From NCBI GenBank assembly GCA_964497535.1, contig CAZCCG010000001.1, positions 130,688-194,687 on the forward strand: a stretch of 64,000 bases of DNA. The letters run 5' to 3'. The notes beneath the pieces were generated by a model that was not told the origin of the DNA, did no database searches, and saw nothing but the letters and a program-made list of their open reading frames with translations. Of this stretch, positions 34,378-45,117 are shown in pieces. This DNA comes from an uncultured Gammaproteobacteria bacterium. GTDB taxonomy: Bacteria; Patescibacteriota; Microgenomatia; Levybacterales; UBA12049. Numbering within the stretch: the stretch's first letter is position 1; each line of letters starts with the position of its first letter. A program made the position numbers and the translations under genes.

Positions 34378-35067
34378 TTAGCGTAGTTGCGGTAAAATCA
34401 TTACTTGTGATTTGGTAACACCTTGTTTGAATTTTGCTTCGGTAGCCGCTGCTTTGTCTCCCAGTAACCGTTTGTAATGCATCGGGATAGTCACTTGTGC
34501 TGCAATGGTATTTGCCGCCTCAATTGCTTCGTCAACATCCATGGTATAAGTTCCCCCAATAGGTAGCATTGCCACATCCAGATGCAAATTAGTGAGTGAT
34601 TTCATCTCAGGAATAAAATCAGTATCTCCCGCATGGTACATTTGTTTGCCATTGAGGTCAAAAATATATCCCACCCAATTATTTGCTTGTGGGTGAGCTT
34701 GCAGACGCTCTGGATTGATATTATAGGCAGGTACTGTCTGGAAAGAAAATTTTTCAATGATATAACTTTGAAGTGGAGTGACTTCTTGTTTTTGACCGGG
34801 ACTTAGAGAGAGACGATCCAGACAATCTTTGGGTGCTACCACAATCGAGGTATCTTTAAGAAGAATCTTAATATCAGGAAGTGATAGATGGTCAGGGTGT
34901 GCATGGGTGATAAAAAGAATATCTGCTTTTTCCAAATCCGTCTGGTGCAAATCAAACGGATCGACATAATAGATTCGTTGATTAGATTTTGTATCTATAA
35001 ACGAAAAACTTGCATGTCCCAACCAGGAAATATTTGGTAAAGAATCCATACTCCTATTATATACCAA
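34378..35067 (-). CDS. MBL-fold metallo-hydrolase
   Basis: HxHxDH motif ITHAHPDH plus downstream His/Asp ligands. Confidence 0.65.
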   Translation of the reverse strand: MVYNRSMDSLPNISWLGHASFSFIDTKSNQRIYYVDPFDLHQTDLEKADILFITHAHPDHLSLPDIKILLKDTSIVVAPKDCLDRLSLSPGQKQEVTPLQSYIIEKFSFQTVPAYNINPERLQAHPQANNWVGYIFDLNGKQMYHAGDTDFIPEMKSLTNLHLDVAMLPIGGTYTMDVDEAIEAANTIAAQVTIPMHYKRLLGDKAAATEAKFKQGVTKSQVMILPQLR

Positions 35068-35171
35068 GATAGTCTAATGTATGCGAATGAATAAATACAG
35101 AAAGCGAGGAGGATTCCGAAGGGAATAATTCGAATTAATTCGCAGTATTTAAATTAGTAGAAATTCGCATA

Positions 35172-37547
35172 TTAGAGGCCGAGGTGGAAGATTGTTTCAA
35201 AGAAGGGAATTACATTAATTGCTACTTGTGTCACAACTGCCGCCAGTACGCACAGCACTAGCATTTTATTAAAGCTAAAGATCATATTTCCGCGTACCAC
35301 AAATGCCACAAGCAGGCGCAGTCCTACCAGGAGATTAAAGATAAGCGTTCGGGAGGCCAAAGGGGTATGTACCTGTAATAATAATTGAAAAGTAACAAAA
35401 AGAGATCCTGCTAACAGTACTCCTAAAAATGTTATAAAAATGAGCCTTTCACGAGTGAGTATCGGTGAGTTTTGGGTTCTGGGTTGATGTCGCAACATGC
35501 TGGGGTCTTTTGTATCTGCTGCAAGTGCCAATGCAGGAAGGCCGTCTGCAATGAGATTGATCCAGAGGATATCAGTCGGCAGAAGTGGAGAAGGAAGACC
35601 AAACAGAGCAGTTGAAAAAATAAAAAGAATTTGTGCCAAATTACCCGAGAGCAGATAGGTAATTGATTTCAAAATATTGTTATAGATATTGCGTCCTTCT
35701 TCAATTGCTCCAACCAGGGTTGCGAAATTGTCATCCAAAAGGATTATATCTGCTGCCTCTTTGGCTACGTCAGTTCCTGATTGTCCCATGGCAATTCCCA
35801 CATCTGCGCGTTTGAGAGCCAGGCTGTCATTAACTCCGTCACCGGTTACTCCCACTACATATCCGTTTCTTTTGAATGCCTCAACCAGTCGTAATTTATC
35901 TTCAGGTTCTGATCTGGCAAAAATATTGATTTTTCCAATGATCTGGTCAAGCTGCGAATCGGTAAGTTTTTTCAGCTGATCACCGGTGAGGACATCTTCA
36001 TCTTTCTCAACCAATCCGACTTCTTTGGCAATGGTGAGTGCTGTTAGTTCATTATCTCCGGTTACCATTACGGTATGAATACCGGCTCGTCGTGCTTGCT
36101 CGACGGCTTGGTGTGCAGCTTCACGTGGAGGATCATAAATACCAACGATCCCGGTGAAGTGAAGGTGACTTTCAGCATGTTTGCGGTCGGGTATTCCATC
36201 ATGATCCTCAACTTTGTATCCAAATCCGATCACCCGCAAGCCTTCTTTTGCAAAAATATCAACCTGGGTAAGTATTTTTTCTTTCTCAGTTTCCGACTGT
36301 GTACTGCTTGCAAGAATTGCTTCCGGAGCTCCGCGAACAAATACATGAGTTTTTCCATCATGCTTCAAAACAGCTGAAATTGTTTGAGTTTGTGGATCAA
36401 ACGCATATTCTTCAAGCGGTTTTGACAATCCGTCCCATATCGTTGTACGTTTTCTTTGAGCTGTTGCCCACAAAAGCAGTGCTCCGTCTGTTTTATCACC
36501 CACCACATCCCATTCATCTTTGGGGGAATGTGATCCCTCCTTTTCTACAATCGTTGCGGTATTGGCAACCATACAGGCGGGGAGGATATATTTCATCTCT
36601 TCCGGCTTTTTTGTCCACCATTTTTTAACTTTCATATTATTTTGTGTTAATGTACCGGTTTTATCTACTAAAATGACCTGGACAGATCCTAATGTTTCAA
36701 TAGCAGGCATTTTACGAACAATTGCATTTCTTTTGGCCATGCGGTTGGTTCCAATTGCCAAAGCGATTGTGATAACTGCTGGCAACCCTTCAGGAATTGC
36801 GGCAATTGCGATGCTCACTGCCAGAAGGGTGAGGGGAAGTAATTGTTGTCCGTGCATAAGGCCAATGGGGATAATCAACAGCGCCCATCCGATTGCTGAG
36901 ATCGAAATGAATCTACTCAACGTATCAATCTTTTTCTGAAGCGGACTTTGATCCATCTCAAGAGTGGAAAGGGTATGTGCAATTGAACCAAGACGGGTTT
37001 GCATACCAATTTTCTCAACCAACATTTTCCCTTTGCCTTGCGTTACTAATGTCCCTTTCAGAACTGTATCATTGTGGTTTTTGGTGATGGGTAATGATTC
37101 TCCAGTCAAAAGCGATTCGTCAATCTCGATATGATGGTCTAAAATAAGCCTGCCATCAGCGGGAATACGATCCCCTTCTGATAACAGGACTACATCCTCT
37201 GGTACCAGTTCGTTGGTTGGGATCAGATGTTCTTTCCCGTCACGAAAGACTCGTGATATCGGTTTAACATATGATGATAATTTCTGTAGTGCCTTTTGCG
37301 CGCGGTATTCCTGAATAAATCCCAAAATTCCATTGAGAAGCAATATCAGCAGTATAAAAATGCCGTCAAAACGATCAGTAATAAAAAATGAAAGGAGACC
37401 TGCAGTAAAAAGGATAGCGTTAATTACGGTGGGAAATTGGGAAAGAAAGAGCAGTAGCGTTGTTTTTTGTTCAGAGGTGGTAATCTCATTTTTACCATAT
37501 TCCTCCCGACGTTTTGCAGCTTGTTGTGATGTTATTCCTTGCTCCAT
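35172..37547 (-). CDS. cation-transporting P-type ATPase (type II, Ca2+/Mg2+-like)
   Basis: Phosphorylation motif DKTGTLT, TGDN, hinge GDGVNDSLALKRADVGIAMG, 791 aa with about 10 TM segments. Confidence 0.85.
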   Translation of the reverse strand: MEQGITSQQAAKRREEYGKNEITTSEQKTTLLLFLSQFPTVINAILFTAGLLSFFITDRFDGIFILLILLLNGILGFIQEYRAQKALQKLSSYVKPISRVFRDGKEHLIPTNELVPEDVVLLSEGDRIPADGRLILDHHIEIDESLLTGESLPITKNHNDTVLKGTLVTQGKGKMLVEKIGMQTRLGSIAHTLSTLEMDQSPLQKKIDTLSRFISISAIGWALLIIPIGLMHGQQLLPLTLLAVSIAIAAIPEGLPAVITIALAIGTNRMAKRNAIVRKMPAIETLGSVQVILVDKTGTLTQNNMKVKKWWTKKPEEMKYILPACMVANTATIVEKEGSHSPKDEWDVVGDKTDGALLLWATAQRKRTTIWDGLSKPLEEYAFDPQTQTISAVLKHDGKTHVFVRGAPEAILASSTQSETEKEKILTQVDIFAKEGLRVIGFGYKVEDHDGIPDRKHAESHLHFTGIVGIYDPPREAAHQAVEQARRAGIHTVMVTGDNELTALTIAKEVGLVEKDEDVLTGDQLKKLTDSQLDQIIGKINIFARSEPEDKLRLVEAFKRNGYVVGVTGDGVNDSLALKRADVGIAMGQSGTDVAKEAADIILLDDNFATLVGAIEEGRNIYNNILKSITYLLSGNLAQILFIFSTALFGLPSPLLPTDILWINLIADGLPALALAADTKDPSMLRHQPRTQNSPILTRERLIFITFLGVLLAGSLFVTFQLLLQVHTPLASRTLIFNLLVGLRLLVAFVVRGNMIFSFNKMLVLCVLAAVVTQVAINVIPFFETIFHLGL

Positions 37548-37568
37548 AGATCTATTGTAGCAGGAAGT

Positions 37569-39299
37569 TTATTTGCAGGAGTTTTGATAGCGTTGGATAA
37601 ATACAGAAGCAGTAGGATTTTGTTGCTGTGACAAAATTCTTGCAAGTATATAAAGTGCATTACAGTTATTCGGCTCAATAGTGAGCAGATTTTGCAGAGA
37701 GGTTATAGCTTGATTTTGCCATCCCGCAGCTAAGAAAAAGTTAGTAAGTGGGAGCAGCGATTCCATGTTACGTAGGGTATTAGGAATTTTATAGGAATCT
37801 TGGGTGATGGTATAACGCTCTATGACTGATTTGTTCTGATCATTATCTTTGAGCAAAATCATCGTGGTATTGTCCAAATAGACCAATTTCCAGGCAGGAT
37901 TATTGACAATGGTATTGATAAATTTCGCTGCCCACGGAGTCTGATCGGTATGAGTAAAAAAGATCGTATTGAAATGATATTTTTTATCTGCTTTTGCAAA
38001 TTTTTTTGGATCCTCCTGTAAGGGGATATATGTGTTTTGGAAAAATGAAACCGGATATGCCTCAGGCCGTCCATCTACAAATACACGCTGCTTTGGATAG
38101 AGGCGATATTCTAGATAACTGCCAATGTCAAAGTTATTCAGGATTGGTCCTTTCAGTTTGTTATTAATAAAAAACTGTGCCGCAGGTGCTGATCCTGCTA
38201 TGACACCAAATCCCAAAGGGTATTTTTCGGCAATTTGTACCATTTGTACGATGAGAAGACAGAGTAGTGATATATAGAAAATTAACTTTACAATGGGGAT
38301 ACGAGCAGAAGTTTGTCTGATTTTTGCAAACATAGTTTGCAGCACAAAGTGAAGATAATAAACAGCCGGGATAAAGGTACCAAAGACAAAAAGCGGAAAA
38401 TTACGGATAGAAGTAATTGCAAGCGCAGTAAAAAAGAGTGCCAACAGCCAATCAATCGGGCGGGTACGTTTGATTTGCATGAGTAAACTTCCAAAAAGCA
38501 CCCCAACAGACACCCAAAAATAAATAATGGTTTGTTTGGAAAAGAGCCCCCATAAGAAAAAAATATTTTGATTTTCTTCAATAGCATAGCCATAATTTTC
38601 AAAGACATGAAATGGATATATAGCTCCCCGCAAGCCGTTGGGGTTGAGAAGCGTTACTGCAGTTACCCCAAGACACACGCACAGCAAAAATAAAATATGT
38701 TTTCCATAGGGATTTTTGCGGTGGGTCAACAGGGCATCGGCAAAAAAGAGCCAGATAATAGCCACACCGATAATAAAATAGACATGCATATTTACCCACA
38801 GAAGCTCAAGGGGAATCAGAAGAATAATCAATCTAGTAAAGCGGTTGCGATATGAATAAAGGAGCGTTACAAAACAGGAGAGAAACAAAAAACTGAAAAT
38901 TTCAGGCCGTACATCAGTCCGTTCAAACAACACTCTCAGATAGAGCAGCGAAACAATTGCAACAGCAGGGATTTTACTGCGTTTTGCGCTATACCAATAG
39001 GGGATCGCAAAGGCAAAACCGACGATAAAAATTGTTATAGCAAAAAGTCCCTCAAAAGAGTAGCGTTTGAAAATTGCGAAAAATAGTACTTCTGAAAACC
39101 AATGATGGTTGATAAAAGGGAAGGTAGGATAGGTATATGAGTATAAGTTTATTGTAGGAACAGTATGGGTTTTAAGAATTAATTCTCCCGTCAAAAGATG
39201 TCTGCCCAAATCCTGGCTCATGGCTGATATCGGATGATAAAACTCCAGGAATAAGAGAAAAAAGAGAAAGATAGTAAATACAAATGTTTGGAATTTCAT
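37569..39299 (-). CDS. polytopic membrane protein with a C-terminal TPR-like soluble domain (GT-C glycosyltransferase-like)
   Basis: 576 aa with more than 10 TM helices in the N-terminal two thirds, then a soluble tail ending in TPR-like helices (NALYILARILSQQQNP). No catalytic motif identified. Confidence 0.35.
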   Translation of the reverse strand: MKFQTFVFTIFLFFLLFLEFYHPISAMSQDLGRHLLTGELILKTHTVPTINLYSYTYPTFPFINHHWFSEVLFFAIFKRYSFEGLFAITIFIVGFAFAIPYWYSAKRSKIPAVAIVSLLYLRVLFERTDVRPEIFSFLFLSCFVTLLYSYRNRFTRLIILLIPLELLWVNMHVYFIIGVAIIWLFFADALLTHRKNPYGKHILFLLCVCLGVTAVTLLNPNGLRGAIYPFHVFENYGYAIEENQNIFFLWGLFSKQTIIYFWVSVGVLFGSLLMQIKRTRPIDWLLALFFTALAITSIRNFPLFVFGTFIPAVYYLHFVLQTMFAKIRQTSARIPIVKLIFYISLLCLLIVQMVQIAEKYPLGFGVIAGSAPAAQFFINNKLKGPILNNFDIGSYLEYRLYPKQRVFVDGRPEAYPVSFFQNTYIPLQEDPKKFAKADKKYHFNTIFFTHTDQTPWAAKFINTIVNNPAWKLVYLDNTTMILLKDNDQNKSVIERYTITQDSYKIPNTLRNMESLLPLTNFFLAAGWQNQAITSLQNLLTIEPNNCNALYILARILSQQQNPTASVFIQRYQNSCK

Positions 39300-39308
39300 G
39301 AGTGTTAT

Positions 39309-40838
39309 CTACAAGTTATCCACATAAGATCGATATTGTAATGCTTCAGCAATATGTACAGCCATAACCTCATCTCTCATATCCAAGTCAGCGATCGTCC
39401 GCGCGACCCGGACAGTTCTATTATACGCCCGCGCTGAAAGATTCATACGTGAAACTGCATTTTTCAAAAGTTCCAGGCAAGTATCAGAAAGAGATACATA
39501 TGTTTTCAGGTCTCGCGTGGTCATCTCGCTATTGGTGGTAAGATTTGTGCCTGAAAAGCGCTCGGTTTGGCGGTCCCGTGCTTTTTGCACACGGTGCTTG
39601 ATACTTTTTGAAGAGTCACCGCTCCTATCTTTGCTTGATTTAACAAGCTTTTCTACTTTTACGGCAGGAAGGGTAAGATGAAGATCAATGCGGTCGAGCA
39701 GTGGCCCTGATATCCGTTTTTTGTATTGCATAATGCGAGTATGAGTGCATGAGCATTGATGAGAGTTATCCCCAAGATATCCACATGGGCATGGATTTTG
39801 TGCGGCAACGAGCATAAAATGGGTAGGAAAAGTCAGTCGGCCATGGGCACGGGAAATTGTAACAACGCGGTCTTCAAGCGGTTGGCGCAGTGTTTCCAAG
39901 ACCTGACGGGGAAACTCGGGAAGCTCATCCATAAAAAGTACTCCCCGGTGAGCCAGTGATATTTCTCCCGGTTTGGGGTAGGCGCCACCGCCGATCAGAC
40001 CCACATAGGAGGTCGTGTGATGAGGACTACGAAACGGCCGTTTCAAAATGAGACCATCATCAGAAAGCATTCCTGCGATACTATACATCTTGGTTACTTC
40101 AATTGCTTCTTGTAAGGTGAGTTTTGGTAGAATTGTTGGCAGTGTTCTGGCAAGCATTGTTTTTCCCGCACCCGGAGGGCCTTTCATCAATATATTATGA
40201 GCGCCGGCTGCGGCAATTTCTAATGCCCGTTTTGCTTTTTCCTGGCCACGGATGTCGTTCATATCGCAGTCAAACTCTTCATCCAAATCACCGGTATATA
40301 CATCTGCCGGTTGAGGATCAATGCGTGAAATCCCTGATAAATGATGAAAGAGTTTTAGTAGCGTTTGTGTTGGGTATACCGTAACACCGGTAATAATAGA
40401 TGCTTCTTTTGCATTTTCATTCGGAACAAACATTCGTTTGATACCGATTGTGGGGGCCAAAATTGCCTGGGATAATACTCCAGCAACCCTGCGCAATTTT
40501 CCGTCCAGTGATAATTCTCCTAAGAAAAGCGCATCTGAGAAATCTCCTTGTAATTGTCCTGATGCGATCAGGATTCCTATAGCAATGGGGAGATCATACG
40601 AAGGGCCGGCTTTGGGTAAATCAGCCGGGGCTAGATTGACTGTAATTCTTTTGGCTGGAAAATCAGCGCCTGAATTCTTCAATGCACTGCGTACTCGTTC
40701 CCGGGCTTCTTCAACTGCTTTATCAGGCAAACCGACAATGGTGAAAGAGGGGAGACCTTGGCTGGCGATATCCACTTCAACTTCAATTGGCACAGCGTCC
40801 AGTCCGACTATCGCAGATGAGTTAATTTGGGCAAGCAT
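39309..40838 (-). CDS. comM: YifB/ComM-family Mg-chelatase-like AAA+ ATPase
   Basis: N-terminal Lon-like MLAQINSSAIVGLDAVPIEVEVDI, Walker A MKGPPGAGKTMLAR, a CPCG zinc motif, 509 aa. Confidence 0.8.
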   Translation of the reverse strand: MLAQINSSAIVGLDAVPIEVEVDIASQGLPSFTIVGLPDKAVEEARERVRSALKNSGADFPAKRITVNLAPADLPKAGPSYDLPIAIGILIASGQLQGDFSDALFLGELSLDGKLRRVAGVLSQAILAPTIGIKRMFVPNENAKEASIITGVTVYPTQTLLKLFHHLSGISRIDPQPADVYTGDLDEEFDCDMNDIRGQEKAKRALEIAAAGAHNILMKGPPGAGKTMLARTLPTILPKLTLQEAIEVTKMYSIAGMLSDDGLILKRPFRSPHHTTSYVGLIGGGAYPKPGEISLAHRGVLFMDELPEFPRQVLETLRQPLEDRVVTISRAHGRLTFPTHFMLVAAQNPCPCGYLGDNSHQCSCTHTRIMQYKKRISGPLLDRIDLHLTLPAVKVEKLVKSSKDRSGDSSKSIKHRVQKARDRQTERFSGTNLTTNSEMTTRDLKTYVSLSDTCLELLKNAVSRMNLSARAYNRTVRVARTIADLDMRDEVMAVHIAEALQYRSYVDNL

Positions 40839-41028
40839 ACACTCTTAGGGCTATAGAGTAACTGGTATTAACTATAAGAGTATCAGAGTAAGAAAGCAAG
40901 AGATCTTTTAGACTAAATTCTGCGTAGTTTAGCGTCCGCCATCTGGCGGATGTTCCGCGTGGTTCAGCCTAGCGCAAAACCGTCTGTACTCTCTTGACAA
41001 TTTCTTTATTTATAGTATAAGGTAAAGT

Positions 41029-42165
41029 ATGGATACCCATTCTTTTCCGCTCGCACTTACCTTTGATGATGTATTGCTGGTTCCAGGCTATACCGATTTC
41101 TCGCGTTCTGCGATTAAACTCTCCACACAATTAACCAAAGAGATTACTCTTCAAATTCCATTGGTATCTTCTCCTATGGATACCGTGACAGAAAGTCGAT
41201 TGGCTATAGAGCTGGGAAAGCTGGGGGGAATTGGTATGATTCATCGTAATCTTTCAGCCTCAGACCAGGCAACAGAAGTTCAAATTGCAAAACAAGCGGG
41301 TGTCGTGGTTGGAGCAGCAGTAGGATCATCTACCGGGTACGAAGAACGCGTTGAGGCACTGATGAAAGCCGGCGTAGATGTGTTGTTGGTTGATACTGCG
41401 CACGGTTTTACCAAAACAACGCTTGAGATTATTACAACTCTTAAAAATAAGTATAAGGTCCAGATCATTGCCGGAAATATTTCTACCGCAGATGCTGCAG
41501 CAGGCCTCATTAAATCCGGTGCTGATGGATTGCGGGTTGGTATGGGGCCGGGGGCAATTTGTACAACTCGCGTAATCTCCGGAATGGGAGTGCCTCAAAT
41601 AACAGCACTGTTGGAGACAGTAAAAGTGGCCAAAAAACATGGTGTTCCAGTTATTGCAGATGGGGGTATTAAATATTCCGGTGATATGGTCAAAGCATTG
41701 GCAACCGGAGCGACCGCGTGCATGATGGGAAGCTATTTTGCATCTGCTGAGGAAGCACCGGGGGAAGTGATGGTTTTGGATCGGGCTCATGTACCATCAC
41801 GATTTAAAAGTATCCTTAAAGATGACCAAAAAGAGTACAAATTCAAAGAATACCGTGGTATGGGTTCAATAGGAGCGATGCAAAAAGGCGCAAAAATAAA
41901 ATCTGAAGATGAATATCATGGGAAAGATTACAAAGACCGTGTTTTGGTAGCAGAAGGAGTCGAAGGCCTTGTTCCAATCAAAGGAACGCTCAAACAAATT
42001 GTTGACCAGGCGTTGGGCGGAATCAAATCCGGTATGTATTATGTAGGCGCAAAAACAATTGGGGAGCTGCATGAAAAAGCGCGATTTATGCAAATTACCC
42101 AGGCTTCATTGACCGAAAGCCATCCCCACGATGTCCTCATCACCAACCCGGGTAAGAATTACTAA
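41029..42165 (+). CDS. guaB: IMP dehydrogenase family protein (short form without a CBS subdomain)
   Basis: FDDVLLVPGYTDF...PLVSSPMDTVTE...GMGPGAICTTRVISGMGVPQITAL (catalytic Cys loop)...YFASAEEAPGE, 378 aa. A GMP reductase cannot be excluded. Confidence 0.75.
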   Translation: MDTHSFPLALTFDDVLLVPGYTDFSRSAIKLSTQLTKEITLQIPLVSSPMDTVTESRLAIELGKLGGIGMIHRNLSASDQATEVQIAKQAGVVVGAAVGSSTGYEERVEALMKAGVDVLLVDTAHGFTKTTLEIITTLKNKYKVQIIAGNISTADAAAGLIKSGADGLRVGMGPGAICTTRVISGMGVPQITALLETVKVAKKHGVPVIADGGIKYSGDMVKALATGATACMMGSYFASAEEAPGEVMVLDRAHVPSRFKSILKDDQKEYKFKEYRGMGSIGAMQKGAKIKSEDEYHGKDYKDRVLVAEGVEGLVPIKGTLKQIVDQALGGIKSGMYYVGAKTIGELHEKARFMQITQASLTESHPHDVLITNPGKNY

Positions 42166-42335
42166 ACTTTTGCACACTACATAGTGTTTTCCATAGAGAT
42201 TGTCATCCCGCACTTGATGCGGGATCCAGAGAATGAAAACTTATTATAACTGGATTCCTGGTCAAGTCCTTCAATAAGCTCAGGACAAATTTTACAGTGA
42301 GCGCAGCCGAACTGCAAGGAATGACAATTGTAAGG

Positions 42336-43349
42336 TTATAAATATGCTTCGAGGCCTTTTCCGGGGATGAAGGTGCTTGCAAAGGCAATTTTATTGCATT
42401 GTTCAATTTCCTCATCACTCAAGATCTTTTCATCTCTCAGTAGTTCTAATTGCTTCCATAAATGGGCGTTTTCAATAATCTCAGGCCAATCGGTGTTGAT
42501 ACAAAACTTCACGTTGTTTTCAACAAGAGTTCGAATAATAAATTTCATCTCATCCAAGTTTTCAACTGCTTGAAGTGCTAAGTTTGATAAAGGACAGACT
42601 TCAAGTACTATGTTTTGTTCAACCAATTTCTTCATGAGTGACTTGTCGTATGCTGCTCGGATGCCATGACCAATTCGCTCGGGACGAATAAATTCAATCG
42701 CATCCCACATATCATCGGCATCTTTTACTTCACCTGAGTGGGTTGTTACATGCAGACCTTGTTTTCTGGTGTGTTCGACCAGATCTTTGTATTCTTTTAA
42801 ATGGAAGTTAGGATTACCAGGGCCTGCAAAATCGATACCAACAACACCGCGTCTATGGTAGCGAATTGCTTTTTCTACAATAATTTTATTCTTCTCATAG
42901 GAAAAGTCGCGGTCCAGACAAAAAATGATACCTGCAGTTAGGGTTGGGTATTCCAGAAGTGCCCGCTCCATTCCGCGCAAACTTGCCATAATAATGTGAT
43001 CCAAATCCAGTTCTGCGTTGAGGTTATGTTTCATGGGGTTATAGCGAAGCTCAATAAGAGTAATGTTATTTGCTCGGTAGGCGCCGCTTATAATTTCATA
43101 GGTTGCCCGTTCAACAGCATGAGTGCCGGAACTAAGCTTATTGAGAATTGGATGGTAAATATCTTTGAGATATTGGTTGAGCGTTGTCTTCTTCTGCGGC
43201 GAAAGCATCAGGTACTCAATAAACGTATGATAATCTTTCTGCGGCAAGCGAAATCCCAAATCATGGGCAATTTGCCAATAAATAGACGGGTTGATAGAAG
43301 AGGAGAGATGAGCATGCAGTTCTGCCAGGGGAGGATGGGATTGTTTCAT
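42336..43349 (-). CDS. add: adenosine deaminase family protein
   Basis: HAHLSSS (HxH metal ligands), TTHSGEV, RIGHGIRA, LEVCPLSN and INTDWP (SLNTDDP-like). Start taken at the ATG at 43349 (MKQSHPPLAELHAHL). Confidence 0.75.
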   Translation of the reverse strand: MKQSHPPLAELHAHLSSSINPSIYWQIAHDLGFRLPQKDYHTFIEYLMLSPQKKTTLNQYLKDIYHPILNKLSSGTHAVERATYEIISGAYRANNITLIELRYNPMKHNLNAELDLDHIIMASLRGMERALLEYPTLTAGIIFCLDRDFSYEKNKIIVEKAIRYHRRGVVGIDFAGPGNPNFHLKEYKDLVEHTRKQGLHVTTHSGEVKDADDMWDAIEFIRPERIGHGIRAAYDKSLMKKLVEQNIVLEVCPLSNLALQAVENLDEMKFIIRTLVENNVKFCINTDWPEIIENAHLWKQLELLRDEKILSDEEIEQCNKIAFASTFIPGKGLEAYL

Positions 43350-43494
43350 TATCGCTAGTCTAGCAGTGAGGTATGTTAGTGTCAAGAAAACAAGAGTAAA
43401 AATCAAATAGGAAATATGAAATATATTTACTTTTTAATGTTTAATATTTGATAAGCTAGGTTAATTGAGAACATATCTAGATCAATAATAAGAA

Positions 43495-45039
43495 GTGGGT
43501 TATAATGAAACTATGATAGTAGTGATTGATTTTGGTTCCCAAACAACGCATCTGATTACCCGTAGATTAAAAGAACTAGGATGTCCTTCACAACTGGTTG
43601 CACCACAAGAAGCCCTGGAAACAATTGCAGCTATCAAACCCCAGGGAATTATATTATCAGGAGGTCCGGCATCAGTATACGAAAAAGATGCTCCTCGTAT
43701 TGATCCTGCTGTGTTTAACGGCGGAGTTCCCATTCTGGGTATTTGTTATGGTTTGCAATTGACAGCATTTTTACTTGATGGTGATGTGGTTGCGGGTAAA
43801 AAAGAATACGGACCGGCACAACTTACCATCGAACTTCATAATTCACCAATGACAGAAGGATTACGGGATAGTTTTACTGTCTGGATGAGTCACGGAGATG
43901 AAGTAACCAAAATTCCTTCAGGATTTGAAACACTTGGTTCTACCGAACATGTTCCGTACGCGTTTGTCGCAAATGAAACACAAAAAATATACGGTGTGCA
44001 ATTTCATCCCGAGGTAGAGCATACCGAAATGGGCACCCAGATTCTAACTAATTTTATAACAATTTGCGGCGTTACCCAAAGTCATACATCAATTGATATT
44101 GAGGCTATAAAGCAAAAAATTCGAGATAGAGTAGGGGAGGGATATGTTATCGGGGCAGTTTCCGGAGGCGTTGATTCGACAGTAGCCGGCGTTTTAGCTG
44201 CTGATGCAATTGGGAAACAATTTATTCCAATTTATGTAGATAACGGATTGATGAGAGCGGGGACAGGGGATATCGTAAAAAGGATTTTTGAAAAACACAA
44301 TGTTGAGCCGACCATTTTGTCTGTTGAAGATCAAATGCTTGAGCGGCTCACCGGCGTTGATGATCCGGAAGAGAAGCGTAAAATTATTGGGAACTATTAT
44401 ATAGAATTATTTGAAGAACAAATGGATCAGCTAATCGCACAAGGGAAAAATGTCAAATTCCTGCTTCAAGGCACGATCTATTCCGATGTTATTGAAAGCC
44501 AGGGAACCCGCCACGCGGCAAAAATTAAATCTCATCACAATGTGGGAGGATTACCTCAGCATATGAAGCTGGAGCTTCTGGAACCGCTTCGGGAAATGTA
44601 TAAAGACGAAGTACGTAGTTTGGGAGAAGAGTTGGGAATACCGCATGAATTTGTATCCAAACAAACATTCCCCGGTCCCGGGTATGGGATTCGGATCAGG
44701 GGCGAAGTGACCAAGCAACGGCTTGATCAAGAGAGACAAGCTGATACGATTGTTTTGGAAGAGATTGAAAAAGCAGGGTGGCTGGGAAAAGTATTTCTCT
44801 CATTTGCTATTATGAGTGGGGCGTCCTCAACTGCGGTAAAAGGGGATGGAAGATTTTTTGGTGAAGTAGTTGCGCTTCGAGTAGTTGAATCGAAAGATGT
44901 CATGACCTCAACTTGGGCACGGTTACCCTATGACTTGTTACAAAGAATATCCTCAAGAATTGTCAATGAAGTACCGGGAATTTCTCGTGTTGTCTATGAT
45001 ATCTCCACCAAACCTCCGGCCACCATGGAATGGGAATAA
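43495..45039 (+). CDS. guaA: GMP synthase (glutamine-hydrolysing)
   Basis: Class-I GATase (GICYGLQL...HPEV) followed by the ATP-PPase SGGVDS P-loop and C-terminal dimerization domain. An alternative start at 43513 (MIVVIDFG) is possible. Confidence 0.9.
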   Translation: MGYNETMIVVIDFGSQTTHLITRRLKELGCPSQLVAPQEALETIAAIKPQGIILSGGPASVYEKDAPRIDPAVFNGGVPILGICYGLQLTAFLLDGDVVAGKKEYGPAQLTIELHNSPMTEGLRDSFTVWMSHGDEVTKIPSGFETLGSTEHVPYAFVANETQKIYGVQFHPEVEHTEMGTQILTNFITICGVTQSHTSIDIEAIKQKIRDRVGEGYVIGAVSGGVDSTVAGVLAADAIGKQFIPIYVDNGLMRAGTGDIVKRIFEKHNVEPTILSVEDQMLERLTGVDDPEEKRKIIGNYYIELFEEQMDQLIAQGKNVKFLLQGTIYSDVIESQGTRHAAKIKSHHNVGGLPQHMKLELLEPLREMYKDEVRSLGEELGIPHEFVSKQTFPGPGYGIRIRGEVTKQRLDQERQADTIVLEEIEKAGWLGKVFLSFAIMSGASSTAVKGDGRFFGEVVALRVVESKDVMTSTWARLPYDLLQRISSRIVNEVPGISRVVYDISTKPPATMEWE

Positions 45040-45117
45040 GTGTAATAAACCAATAATCAAATCAACAAATAATCCAATAAACAAATAAACAAGAAGAGTG
45101 AATAAACCTTGTTTCTG

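Noticed and set aside
40839-41028. Purine riboswitch upstream of guaB (and upstream of the pur operon at 61982-62063)
   Set aside because: Neither leader contains the conserved purine-riboswitch core (UAUA...UGGG...ACCGUAAA-like junctions). The 190-nt guaB leader shows only a promoter-like TTGACA-17-TATAAG and a short hairpin.
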